A stretch of 64,000 nt of DNA from NCBI GenBank assembly GCA_002269645.1, contig NIVC01000859.1:1-64000 (forward strand), written 5' to 3'. Position 1 is the first letter of the stretch. Each line of letters begins with the position of its first letter. The notes beneath the pieces were generated by a model. That model made no database searches and had not been told where the DNA came from. It was given only the letters and a program-made list of their open reading frames with translations. This DNA comes from Macrostomum lignano (lineage: Eukaryota). Below, in pieces: positions 33,251 to 46,087 of the stretch. The position numbers and the translations under genes are program-made.

Positions 33251-34333
33251 CGTCAATTGTTTGACGATTAGCACCTGCACCATCTTCGGTTGTAATTCCA
33301 CCATGCGAGGCACATGAGCAGCATGCGAGGCACAAAATAGTGTGATAGGAACTTTCTGACACTGCTAAGACTTAATCACTGTTTTAGTGTTGAAAATCGT
33401 GAGGTTTCCTATCTCCATGGTGTATTTTTCCGGTGAAACCTGCCTTTAAAACTATTTCTGAACGAAAAACTTTATAAATATCGATAAAGCAATAAGAAAG
33501 GCATAACATATCAAAAGATGAACACTGGATCTGCCCCCTATCAAAAGCAATAACAATTTTTGTGCTGAAAAAATTAAAACCTTATCTCTGTAGTGTATTT
33601 TTCGGCGAAAAGTTGCCTTCAAAACATGTTTACCATAGATTGCGAGTGTTGCGCCCTAGCTTCTACTTAAGTTGTCCTTGATCGAGCCTCACAGATCCTC
33701 GGTTGCTGATTTGCTGATCCAGCCTCCCAGATCTTCAGTTGCTAATCGAGCATCCCAGATCCCCTGCTGTTGGGCCAGCCTCACAGATCCCAGCTTCACC
33801 ATTTAAATTTGAATCGAAATAAGGAAGACTAAGAAACGCTGCGCTAAAAATTCTTCAAACCACACAAGCACTGACAATGAACGGTGAAATTGAATGCTGA
33901 CAATTCAAGAATATATTGGCACGTATTTAACGAAAGAAAAAAACAGCTTCAAGAAATTTGCTCGTAGTTATAAATTGTAATCAGTTAAACAAATATCTAA
34001 AATTGTTAACAGAAGTATCACAGAGAAATATACCAGAAAAAATGGTGTTCCATTAGCCGATTCTAAAAGCGAATCGTGGATCCCCTCAGCCACGAAGAGG
34101 CCGAACACCTTTCAGGAGGTTAATCCATAGTTCACTTTGCAGAGCAAAACTAATTCCACAGCACAATAAACAGTGCACAGTGGTCTTTTTCAGCATTGAA
34201 CTAAGGACCAATCCCGTCATTAAGAGCGGGAAGCCACAGCAAGAAATGCAAAGCGGCCAGCTTTTTGAAAGCCAATACTATCTTATAGTAAATTCCCAAT
34301 GGGCTTATGGCTCTAGAGAATAAACTTAGTCTT

Positions 34334-35011
34334 TCAGTTTTTATGCCACGGCTGTAGTCGAAGCGCATCCGGCCGCCTTTCTCCATAATCGTAGATTAAC
34401 TCCTCGCCTCGAGCAATGTCTCGAGTGGCTTGGAAGACCAGTTGCGGTTTATTGTTTACATCAGCAACAATCGGCTTCAAGTTATTTTTCCGCCGACTAT
34501 GGTTGATGAACCGACCGACATACTCGCAAGTGTCTGTTGCGTCGATGCAATAGGCTTGATCTCGCCAGGAAAAGAATAACAAGAAGCAGCATGGCTTCCC
34601 TTGCTTTACAATATCTTCCTCCCGGGTGAGGCGTGCTTTTTGCCCCTGAATTAGTTCTCCACCGTAAATACAGACGATAGTGCCTTTTGGGAGGTCAATA
34701 CGGGCAAATGCGCCAAGACCCTCTGCATCGACGCTACCGGCCCGGACCACGACGTTTCCAGTTTGCAGCATTGTTTGTCGAACCAGATCGGCCATTGTGA
34801 GCTACCTCACGGACGCCGTCCCTGTCGGCAGGGACCGCTCTGCACTCCCATGGCTAGCTCGGCCGTAAGGCGTCACGTGAGGGAGCTGCGTACGGGCTCC
34901 TTCCGGCTTTGTTACAATATCCGGGATTACAAGCTCCCGATTAGCTGCCATTGCAGGAGAGACAACCGCGGCAGCGTGGCTATTTGAGTTCATCTCTGTA
35001 GTGTAGTGCAT
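34334..35011 (-). CDS. Intronless SETD8/PR-Set7-like SET-domain methyltransferase; one in-frame TAG at 34802-34804 before the SET core
   Basis: GLGAFA..KGTIVCIYGGELI..CCFLLFF..YCIDAT..VGRFINHS..QLVFQATRDIARGEELIYDYG..QPW closely parallels SETD8. ORFs 34802..35011 and 34334..34795 share one frame. Confidence 0.85.
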
Positions 35012-36153
35012 GCGCCCTTGTCAGTTGGCAGGGCGCGTTGCACTTTGGGGCTGGTTGGGGGGGTTGGCGGGCGTGGCAGGGTTTGGCCGCCGGCCGGGCT
35101 TTGCGCGTGCCCCTCCCCAGCCGTGCCCCTGCCCCGTGCTCAGGGCTGGTTGGCTGCGGCCGGGCCAGCTTTGGCGCGGGTGCAGCCCCTCCCCCCTTAG
35201 GCGGGGTTTTGATTGGCTGGGCCGGCGTGGTTTGTTTTGGTGAGCTTAGCCGGTGGGGCCGTCTGCCCCAGGGTTTGGGTGCTATTTATGGTGCGACTCT
35301 GGCTCTTGCCCACCTCCTGCGTGCTTTTTGTGTTTTGGTGTGCTCCGAGAGTGCAAGCGCGAGACCTGATAAAAGAAACAGCAACATTAGCTACTTCGAT
35401 AAAAGAAACAGCAACATTAGCTACTTCGATAAAAGAAACACAATAGCCTAATTGAGAAGAGTCTTGGAGAATTAAGAAGAAGTCGGAAACTGCGCTTGAG
35501 ACCTGCGAATAATAAACGGTGAACAGTCATCTGGCCACTGGTAAGCCGCCTGCTGTTTGAGTCCTTTCTTTTCGGGAAGCTTGCTAGGCCGGATTCTTGC
35601 CAGAGCGTCATAACGCCGGGAGACCATATAGCTTCTGTAGTACGGTACCGTTTACCATATATATTGCGTACGCCCTACGGTATAGAGAATAGAAGCACTC
35701 GAGAGTGTCACCACACCTCGAGCCGCAGCGTGAACTCTGAGTGTCACAACACCAGAGGGATCGAATTATTATCGCAGAGCGTCGCCACGCCTGCTCGTCG
35801 TATTCATAAAAGTACAGACAGAGCGTCACAACGCCTGTTATATCACATATAATATATATTGTACTCGGGACTGGGCACCCAAGCCGACCCGGGTCACAAC
35901 AGTAGTAACAGCTGTACTTATCACAGTCGGCTCAGAAGGCGGATCATTGGACACGCCATCCTCATTCGCTTCGCCTCTTTGTCCTCTTTGGAGCGAAACG
36001 CTAAAGGAAGCCTGACAATGAAGAAAACAAGTAATTCGTAATTGTTTCAGCATGCAATGAACCCAAGCCTTATTTTTATAGAATATACATGCAGCGAAAC
36101 TGCTGCTAAGAAAATAGTTTTACACCATCTAAACCATGGACACAAATTTTGGT

Positions 36154-36585
36154 TTAACTTACTTCATTGGAGGTCGCCGGTACAGTATCGGCAGCTTCAG
36201 CAGCTAAGTCCGCGTCCATTGTTATAGCGGCGGGAGATTCTGGCAGCCTTTCAAGCGGCAAGGTTGGGTTTAGATTTAGTTGAGGCTGGATGCCATAAAA
36301 GGCCAACAACCGCAGGCCCTCGAGCCTATCGTAAGCCCTTGCCCTCGCCTCAGCTACGGCTACCCGGCCGACAACGAATGCTTCGCCGAAATGGCACTGC
36401 CACATGTGTTGTCTCATATTAGAGGCGGCAAATGAGCTGCACAGCTGGCAAAGCTTCAATTTTTTTGCCATGCCAACGTTTGTAGAGAATGTAGGCTTCC
36501 ACTCGTTCCAAGTTTGCTGTATGCTTGCTTCGAGCGTGTCGAAGGAGGGTGGCGGACCGATCGGTTGAATAGTCACATCGGGCAA
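36154..36585 (-). CDS. 143-aa ORF with one C2H2-like finger
   Basis: CQLCSSFAASNMRQHMWQCH; otherwise unrecognised. Confidence 0.35.
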   Translation of the reverse strand: MPDVTIQPIGPPPSFDTLEASIQQTWNEWKPTFSTNVGMAKKLKLCQLCSSFAASNMRQHMWQCHFGEAFVVGRVAVAEARARAYDRLEGLRLLAFYGIQPQLNLNPTLPLERLPESPAAITMDADLAAEAADTVPATSNEVS

Positions 36586-37591
36586 ATAAACTGGTCAGCG
36601 TCCATATTGAATAAAATTTAATTTTAATTTGAACTTCTTTCTTTATCGATAAAATGCGCCGCTGAATCTTTCTCCGAAAAGTAGAAAAACATGAAAATGA
36701 AACCTTAGACTAGGGTGACAGATAGATGGACTAGGCCATCCAGGCAGTAGGTATTTCATCAAAATATATTTCATCTCGATCTCCTATTTCATCCCTCTTC
36801 TTAATCTTTCCTGTCCTCTCCTCTTGATCTTTTCCTTTAGTCTCCTTTCTCATTTTATCTCTTCTCTTTTTCCTTTATTTTCCTGCCTCCCCTTTCTCCT
36901 ATTTGTCTTCCCTATTCACTCTCCTCTCTCTCCTCTGGCCTGCAGTCATGCGCTAGGTTCTCTATCTGGCCCTTAAAGTAAAAAGTTTGCCGACCACTGG
37001 ACTAGGCCAGTAGTATACAAAAGTACGCTTCTAGACCCAGAGGCACCCAGGGGGAAAATACAAAAACACTAAAAAGCACCATCCAATCCAAAAAAGCATC
37101 ATCTATTCCCACTACTCATACAAACCACTCACCAATCCCCAATAACACTAACTAATCCCAACCCTCCCACTACTTCCCAACACACCCAATACTTAAATCA
37201 TCAAAATGTGTTGTGCTTAAAATTGACCGCACCCTCTAGACGCCAAAATGAGGTATTTAATAGGTTCTGATCTAGAAGCGTACTTTTGTATACTACTATC
37301 TAACTATCACTTCTAACACTTCTACATTTCCAACACTTCTAACAGTAACTACCACTTCTAACCCCCGCCCGCGCCGCAAGCGCAAAGGGTCTGAAATGGT
37401 ATTTTCTGTTACCTACCATTGTTCCTTTATAGAGAGAAAGGCAGCAACACAACTAGCGCCGATTTGTATAATTATACAGAAAAGCGCCAACCATAAAAGA
37501 AAAGCGTCGTTCTAAAAGAAAAGCTCCAATTTAACCCCCTTATTTTGTGCCTCCAGTTCGTCTCTTTTTCTGTTACTAAAAATAGACAAGA

Positions 37592-37906
37592 ATGACACAC
37601 ATAACACATGCATACAATCTGAATGAATTACAAATAGGAGACCCAGTAGAATACAGAGGTGAGGGTCTTTTTGACATAATAGGCGCTGCAGCAAATACAA
37701 TAAAAGATAATATGCCACTAATAGCACAAGCAGGCTCCGCCGCAGGCTCTGTAACCAACGCAGTCAAGGGTGGAATAGAATCAGCTGAGGCAGCAGAAGA
37801 GCTCAAGAAATTAAAAGAATTTAACGAGACCCTCTCGCTAATAAAAGCAATAAAAGATTTAAAACTAGCACAAGAAGCACAACACATACTAAAAGTAACC
37901 CACTGA
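37592..37906 (+). CDS. Small Polinton-type virion/core protein (element B)
   Basis: RGEGLFDII motif (GxG site) followed by an Ala/Gly-rich helix; adjacent to the next Polinton-type gene. Confidence 0.55.
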   Translation: MTHITHAYNLNELQIGDPVEYRGEGLFDIIGAAANTIKDNMPLIAQAGSAAGSVTNAVKGGIESAEAAEELKKLKEFNETLSLIKAIKDLKLAQEAQHILKVTH

Positions 37907-37989
37907 GCAATAAAGATATCCAAGATTTTAATAAAATGTTAACCTCAATTAAAGGCGGAAAAGGATTAAAAAAATTTAAGTAATATAAA

Positions 37990-38466
37990 ATGGACTCAGA
38001 TAATGATGAAAATCGCACACTTTTCTTATCTGAAATAGTAGACACTTTAAACTTAGATGATAATAAACATAGCCACGCAATGTGAAAAAGATTAGATCGA
38101 TTAGGTAAAAAACTGGATTATGATATAGATGCAATAGCTGCAAAATATGCTCAAGAAGGAAGACCCATTTCATTTAAGCAAAATCGTAAAACCCATAGAT
38201 TAACAGAATCTGATGTTAAATTTTTATTAAAGACTCACACTAAAAAGGATGGTGGACTATTACCCATTCTACCAATTCTTTTAGGCCTCGGGGCAGCAGG
38301 AGCAACGGGACTAGCAGCCTAAAAAATTCATGCCAATCGAAAACACTTAGCGGAATTAAAAGCAAAACAAGGGGGTGTACTACCACTTGCAACTTTGCTC
38401 CCAATAATTTTTGCAGAAATCGGAGCAGCTGGTGGAGCGGCTGGAATTGCAAAAGCAGTAAATGCT
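37990..38466 (+). pseudogene. Polinton virion protein with duplicated GG-LP hydrophobic segments; two in-frame stops, 3' end cut by a Helitron
   Basis: KKDGGLLPILPILLGLGAAGATGLAA* and KQGGVLPLATLLPIIFAEIGAAGGAAGIAKAVNA, a pattern recalled from invertebrate Mavericks. Confidence 0.65.
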
Positions 38467-41466
38467 CAATATTAAAGGGATAAAGTGTTCGAAAAACATG
38501 CTTTTTTGCAAAGGTCAAGCAAATTTTTCGACTTGAAATGCATTGTAAGAATGCTAGATAAAAACCTGACTGACTGAATTTCAATTCTGATAAAGATTGC
38601 ATCACAACAAGTTGAAAACAGTGCCGAAGAAATGCACACACAACTTGATTGAAATTGCGTAACAATATTGCTAACTTAAATTGACAATGATACTGGCTGA
38701 CTGAGAAATCGATTATGTCATAACTTTTTACTCTAACCGATTTGCTATAAGAATTTAATTATAAGGGCCACAATTCATGTTCTCCAATTGAAAAGAGATA
38801 GCATAGATGCGAACAGACTGGACTGCTAATGCAGCGACGTGGGTTCGAATCTTAGTAGTGCAAAAAGATTTTTTTATTCAAAAACCTTAAAAACACAAAA
38901 TGCTAAACACAAAAAAGCACAATGTCAAACATTAAAGAGCCACCATGTCGAACATATACGTGACTCCATGTCGAACATTAAAGAGCCATCATGTCAAACA
39001 TAAAAGAGCCACCATGTCGAAATTAAAGAGCCACCATGTCAAATATTGAATAGCCACCATGTCGAACATTAAAGAGCGACCATGCCAAAACATAAAAGAG
39101 CCACCAAGTCAAACATTAAAGAGCCACCATGTCGAACATTAAAGAGCCACCATGTCAAACATTAAAGAGCCACAATGTCAAACATTTAATAGCCACTATG
39201 TCGAACGTTAAAGAGCCACCATGTCGAACATTTAAGAGCCATCATGTAAAAAATTTAAGAGCTACCATGTCGAACATAAAAGAGCCACCATGTCAAACAT
39301 TAAAGAGCCACCATGTCAAACATAAAAAATACACAATTTCAAACGTAAAAGTAAGCGTCATGCCAATTTTAAAGGAGCCACTATAGAGCTAAGGAAATTG
39401 TTGCACTAGCTACTTATTGTCTGGTGGATGCTTACTATTTGGGGATGCTTGCTATCTGGGGGACGCTTGCTATATGGGGGATGCTTGCTACCTGGGGGAT
39501 GCTTGCTATTTGGGGGATGCTTGCTATCTGGGGGATGCTTGCTATCTGGGGGAATATTAAAGTGCCATCATGTCTAACATTAAAGAGCCACCATGTCAAG
39601 CATAAAAGAGCCACCATGTCCAACATAAAAGAACCACCATGTCAAACATAAAAGAGCCACCATGTCGAACAATAAAGAGCCACCATGTCAAACATTAAAG
39701 AGCCACCATGTCAAACATTAAAGAGCCACCATTTCAAACATTAAAGAGCCACAATGTCAAACATTAAAGAGCCACTATGTCGAACATTAAAGAGCCACCA
39801 TGTCGAACATTAAAGAGCCACCATGTAAAAAATTAAAGAGCCACCATGTCGAACATTAAAGAGCCACCATGTCAAACATTAAGGAGCCACCATGTCAAAC
39901 ATTAAAGAGCCACAATGTCAAACATTAAAGAGCCACTATGTCGAACATTAAAGAGCCACCATGTCGAACATTAAAGAGCCACCATGTAAAAAATTAAAGA
40001 GCCACCATGTCGAACATTAAAGAGACACCATGTCAGACATTAAAAAACCCCGAATCAAACATAAAAGAGCCACCATGTAGAACATAAAAGAGCCACCATG
40101 TCAAACATTAAAGAGCCACCATGTCAAACATAAAAGATACAGAATTTCAAACGTAAAAGTAAGCGTCATGCCAATTTTAAAGGAGCCACTATAGAGCTAA
40201 GGAAATTGTTGCACTAGCTACTTATTGTCTGGCGGATGCTTACTATTTTGGGATGCTTGCTATCTGGGGGATGCTTGCTATCTGGGGGATGCTTGCTATC
40301 TGGGGGATACTTGCTATCTGGGGGATGCTTGCTATCTGGGGGATGCTTGCTATCTGGGGGATGCTTGCTATTTGGGGGATGCTTGCTATCTGGGGGAATA
40401 TTAGGGAGCCACCATGTCGAAAATTAAAGAGCCACCATGTCGAAAATTAAAGAGCCACCATGTCAAACAATAAAGAGCCACACTGTCGAACATTAAAGAG
40501 CCACCATGCCAAAAATAAAAGAGCCACCATGTCAAACATAAAAGAGCCACCATGTCAAACATAAAAGAGCCACCATGTCAAACATAAAAGAGCCACCATG
40601 CCAAACATAGAAGAGCCCCCATGTCGAACATAAAAGAGCCACCATGTCGAACATTAAAGAGCCACCACGTCTAACATAAAAGAGCCACCCTGCCAAACAT
40701 AAAAGAGCCACCCTGTCGAACATAAAAGAGCCACCATGCCAAACGTAAAAGAGCCACCATGTAGAACATAAAAGAGCCACCATGTCAAACATTAAAGAGC
40801 CACCAAGTCAAACATAAAAGAGCCATTATGTCAAACATAAAAGATCCACCATGTCAAACATAAATGATACACATTTTCAAACGTAAAAGTAAGCGTCATG
40901 CCAATTTTCATGGAGCCACTATAGAGCTAAGGAAATTGTTGCACTAGCTACTTATTGTCTGGTGGATGCTTACTATTTGGGGATGCTTGCTATCTGGGGG
41001 ATGCTTGCTATCTGGGAGGGGGGATGCTTGCTATCTGGGGGTGCTTGCTGTTTTGGGGATGCTTGCTATCTGGGGGATGCTTGCTATTTGGGGAATGCTT
41101 GCTATCTGGGGGATGCTTGCTATCTAAGGGATGCTTGCTATTTGGGGGATGCTTGCTATCTGGGGGATGCTTGCTATCTGGGGGATGCTTGCTATCTGGG
41201 GGATGCTTGCATCTGGGGGATGCTTGCTATCTGGGGGATGCTTGCTATTTGGGGGATGCTTGCTATCTGGGGGATGCTTGCAATCTGGGGGATGCTTGCT
41301 ATCTGGGGGATGCTTGCTGTCTTGGGATGATTCCTTTTTGCATTGCACTTTAATTGAGCAGTTTGTCTGTTGTCTTTGTGAAGGCTTTTTTTGGCTGTCT
41401 TTTTGTTACTTGTAGAGAACAGAGATTCTATCCAGATGTCCCCCAACGGGGGGTGAAGATTGCTAG
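38466..41466 (+). mobile_element. 5'-truncated non-autonomous Helitron with three [23-bp array - spacer - 18-bp array] modules
   Basis: 38466-38930 matches 41610-42070. Arrays (ccaccatgtcaaacattaaagag)n and (tctgggggatgcttgcta)n. Ends in hairpin cccccaacgggggg followed by CTAG at 41463-66. Confidence 0.8.
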
Positions 41467-43457
41467 TCCTATATACTAAAAATGAGTTGTCTGTATCTAG
41501 CTATGCGATAGATTTCAGAAAAAAAGGCTCAACCGATTATATTCAAACTTGCACCATTCAATCAGAAATTTTCCTGGGACGGTACATGCATCTTGGCTAA
41601 GAAATTGCTCAATATTAAAGGGATTAAATATTCGAAAAACATGCTTTTTTGCTAAGGTCAAGCAAATTTTTCGACTTGAAATGCATTGTAAGAATGCTAG
41701 ATAAAAACCTGACTGACTGAATTTCAATTCTGATAAAGATTGCATCACAACAAGTTTAAAACAGTGCCGAAGAAATGCACACACAACTTGATTGAAATTG
41801 CGTAACAATATTGCTAACTTAAATTGACAATGATACTGGCTGACTGAGAAATCGATTATGTCATAACTTTTTACTCTAACCGATTTGCTATAAGAATTTA
41901 ATTATAAGGGCCACAATTCATGTTCTCCAATTGAAAAGAGATAGCATAGATGCGAACAGACTGGACTGCTAATGCAGCGACGTGGGTTCGAATCTTAGTA
42001 GTGCAAAAAGATTTTTTTATTCAAAAACCTTAAAAACACAAAATGCTAAACACAAAAAAGCACAATGTCAAACATACAAGTGGCACCATGTCGAAAATTA
42101 AAGAGCCACCATGTCAAACATAAAAGAGCCACCATGTAGAGCATTAAAGAGCTACCATGTCAAACACATTCGTGACTCCAATGTCAAACATATTTGTGAC
42201 TCCATATAAATTATATATACGTGACTCCTTGTCAAACATTAAAGAGCATCATGTCGAACATTAAAGAGCCACCATGTCAAACATTGAAGAGCAACCATGT
42301 CAAACATTAAAGAGCCACCATGTCGAACATTAAAGAGTCACCATGTCAAACGTAAAAGAACCACTATGTTGAACATTAAAGAGCCATTTTGTCAAGCCTA
42401 AAAGAGCCACCATGTCAAACATAAAAGAGCTACCATGAAGAACATTAAAGAGCCACCATGTGAAACATTAAAGAGCCACTTTGTCGTACTTAAAAGAGCC
42501 ACCATGTCGAACATTAAAAGCCACCACGTCAAACATTAAAAAGCCACCATGTCGAACATTAAAGAACCACCATGTCGAACATATACGTGACTCCATGTCA
42601 AACATTAAAGAGCCACCATGTCAAACATAACAGAGACACCATTTCAAACGTAAAAGGGCCACCATTTCAAACGTAAAAGAGCCATCATGTCAAAAGTAAA
42701 AAAGCAATTATGTCAAACATATACGTGACTGCATGTCGATCATTTAAGAGCCACCATGTCAAACGTTAAAGAGCTCCATGTCGAACATTAAAGAGCCACC
42801 ATGCCAAACAAAAAAGAGCCACCATGTCGAACATTAAAGAGCCACGATGTCGAAAATTAAAGAGCCACCATGTCGAACATTAAATAGCCACCATGTCAAA
42901 TATAAAAGAGCCACCATGTCAAACATGTACATGATTCCATGTCAAACATATGCGTGACTTCATGTCAGACATTAAAGAGCCAACATGTCGAGTGTTAAAG
43001 AGCCACCATGTGAAACATATACATGACTCCATGTCGAACATTAAAGCGACACCATGTTGAACATTAAAGAGCCACCATGTCAAACATAAAAGAGCCACCA
43101 TGTTAAACATAAAATAGACACCATTTCAAATGTAAAAAGCAGCTTCATGCGAAAAATAAAGGGGCCACTATAAAGCGAAGGATATTATTGCACTAGCTAC
43201 TTGTGTTCTTGGCTGATGCTTGCTATTTAAGGATAGATTACTGCTATCAGGGGGATGTTTGCTATTGGAAGGATGCTTGCTATCTGGGGGGATGCTTGCT
43301 ATGGGGGAGATGCTTGCATGCTGTCTGGGGATGCTTGCTGTCTTGGGATGTTTTCTTTTTAGAGGAAATGTCTGCTGTTTTTTCGTTGTCTATTTGTTAC
43401 TTGTAAAGAACAAAGATTCTATCCAGATGTCCCCCATCGGGGGGCGAAGATTGCTAG
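41467..43457 (+). mobile_element. Complete ~2-kb non-autonomous Helitron
   Basis: 5' TC-ctatatactaaaaatgagttgtctgt; 3' hairpin cccccatcgggggg followed by CTAG (43454-57) then T. Confidence 0.85.
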
Positions 43458-45310
43458 TCAAATATAACTGAAGCGGATTATAAACATGCACAAAAGGTAT
43501 AGAACTATTTTAATTGTAAAACATTTAAAGATAATCATTACATCTATCTTAAAGCCGATGTTCTCCTATTAGCTGATGCTTTTGCAAACTTTAGAAATCA
43601 TACATATGAGAATTTTCAAATTGATCCATCCTATTGCTTTAGTGCACCTGGATTAACATGGGCATGCGGATTGAAAATATACAGATGTGAAAATTGATTT
43701 ACTAACTGATCATGATATGTTGTTAATGATTGAGCGAGGAATTCGCGGTGGACTCTCAGGGGTATTAGGAGATATATATACTAAAGTAAACAATAAATAT
43801 TTACCCAATCATAATAAAAAACAAAAATCATCATATGTATTATATCTAGATGCAAACAATTTATATGGAGGCTGCGTGAAACAAAAATTACCAATTGCTG
43901 ATTTCCAATGGGAAGATGATCCAGATTATTATAAAAACATTCCCGAAGGAAGGGGTTGCATTGTGGAAGTAGATTTAGAATATAGTCGGCAAGCAAAAGC
44001 AAAAACATATAAATATCCACTAGCTCCAGAGCATTGTTTAGTTAAGGAAGAAGATTTATCAGAAACACAAAAAGATTATCTCAAAGCAGACAATTTAAAA
44101 CACCTAGCAACAAAAAAGTTAATTTTAAATTTGTTTGATAAGAAAAACTATGTAGTGCATTATAAGCTACTTAAATTTTATGAAAAGCAAGGAATAAAAG
44201 TAACTAAAGTACATCGAACAATCTCGTTCATTAAGGATGATTGGTTAGCTAAATATGTTGACTTTAAATCAAATCAGAGACAGATGTCAAAAACGGGTCC
44301 ACCCCAACTGCCAGCCAGAAAACTGCCATCCGACAACTGCCAGCCGGAAAACTGCCAGCCGACAATTGCCAGCCGACAACTGCCAGCCGGAAAACTGCCA
44401 GTCGACAACTGCCAGCCGACAACTGCCAACCGACAATTGCCAGCCGAAAAAAACTGCCAGCCGGAAAACTGCTAGCCGACTACTGCCAGTCGACAATTGC
44501 CAGCCGAGAAAACTGCCAGCCGGAAAACTGCCAGCCGACAACTGCCAGCCGAGTAAACTGCCAGCCGACAAGTTCTAGCTAATTGAATCTACTGTAGCCT
44601 ACTTATTAGCTAAGTAAAATGCACGAAACTGTTTGGCTAGCAAAAGGCTTGTGGGGTAGCCTTAAATGTTGCCCTTCCCTTCCCTATTTTTTCAGATTTC
44701 CATTAGAAGTATATATGTGAGGAGAAAACTTCAAATTTTGTCTTTTAGGTAGCCTTTGCTCTTTCTTTGAAAGCTTTATTTAAGTAAAGTAATTTAATAG
44801 ACTTTCTAGGATTGCGTCAGTATAGCAATCGCAATCGCAAATTAAATAATAAAGTAAATGAACTTTCAATACAGAAATATTTACAATAGGCATTACAGAA
44901 TGCCTTCTCCTTCACATATATACTTCTAATGGAAATCTGAAAAAATTAGGGAAGGGAAGGGCGACATTTAAGGCAACCCCACAAGCCTTTTGCTAGCCAA
45001 ACAGTTTCGTGCTTTTTACTTAGCTAATAAGTAGGCTACCGTAGATTCAATTAGCTAGAACTTGTCGGCTGGCAGTTTTCTCGGCTGGCAATTGTCGGCT
45101 GGCAGTTGTCGGCTGGCAGTTGTCGACTGGCAGTTGTCGGCTGGCAGTTGTCGGCTGGCAGTTGTCGGCTGGCAATTGTCGGCTGGCAGTTTTCCGGCTG
45201 GCAGTTGTCAGCTGGCAGTTTTTCGGCTGGCAGTTGGAGTGCTCCCGTCAAAAACAACTTTTAAGAAAGATTATTGGAAATTAATGAACAATGCATTTTA
45301 TGGAAAAACG
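43458..45310 (+). pseudogene. Second Polinton pPolB (element B), central fragment, interrupted at 44295-45246
   Basis: ITEADYKHAQKV*, YLKADVLLLADAF.NFR, IDPSYCFSAPGLTW, IERGIRGGLS, YLDANNLYG (motif A), NYVVHY; resumes with KDYWKLMNNAFYGKT (motif B). Confidence 0.93.
44295..45246. mobile_element. Foldback/MULE-like non-autonomous element, 952 bp, 9-bp TSD
   Basis: gtcaaaaac at 44286-94 and 45247-55; GGG..CCC termini. Arms ~44295-44726 and ~44905-45246 are inverted copies containing 14/15-bp (aactgccagccgac) arrays. Confidence 0.9.
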
Positions 45311-45713
45311 ATCCATCCGTCCATCCATATCCATCCATCCATATCATCCAGACAATCAAAAAAGGGGGGTCGCACTCGCCCACAAAACGTCCTCCATAAT
45401 ACCATTAAATCCATCCATATTATCCCTGACAGAATCAGGAAAAAGGGGGTCGCACTCGCTCACAAAACGTCCTCCATAATCCCATTAAATCCATCCGTAT
45501 TATCTCCGACAGAATCAGAGCATAACAGGTGTCCTACTGTTATGCTCTAAGGGTTTATGCTCTGAGCATAACAGCTCAAAATCCACCCATAGCATCTTCG
45601 AAACAATCAGAAAATAATCTGAATTCTTCTCCCCACATTCAATCCGCGAAACCAGATCCCTAATACTTTAAATCCTCAGCGCTCAGAGAAACCCAAATAG
45701 CATTATACGGTAC

Positions 45714-46067
45714 ATGCATGGAGGCGTGCGGTCCATTCAGCGTGAAATTAGTGATAATCTTTACCCTGCACTGCCACATAATGGAGATTTCAGTCAGAAC
45801 AAGATTAGAAAATTTTACAGCGAGTTGGTCGACTTGGCTGTGAAAGAGAACAATGGAATTGCTATCACTGCTCTTCAATATGGAACTCTATATCCGATGT
45901 TTAGCGCTGAAGTGTCTGCCAGACAAATGCCTACTGATAACAGCCATGTGAATATCGTGACTAACATTGAGAGGACTGTCGCAACACCCGTGGACCTGTA
46001 CATTATCTATGCATTTGAGAGGAAGGTGAAGCTTAACATGATCAACAATTCATCCAGTAAAGTTTAA
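45714..46067 (+). pseudogene. C-terminal fragment of a Polinton major capsid protein (element B)
   Basis: LYP..FYSEL..GIAITALQYGTLYPMFSAEVS..LYIIYAFERKV pattern, immediately upstream of the penton. Confidence 0.55.
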
Positions 46068-46087
46068 ATAATTTTTTTCAATAAAAA

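Noticed and set aside
38915-43110. 23-bp and 18-bp arrays as a CRISPR-like locus
   Set aside because: Units are contiguous with no unique spacers and no cas genes; they lie inside Helitron ends in a eukaryotic context.
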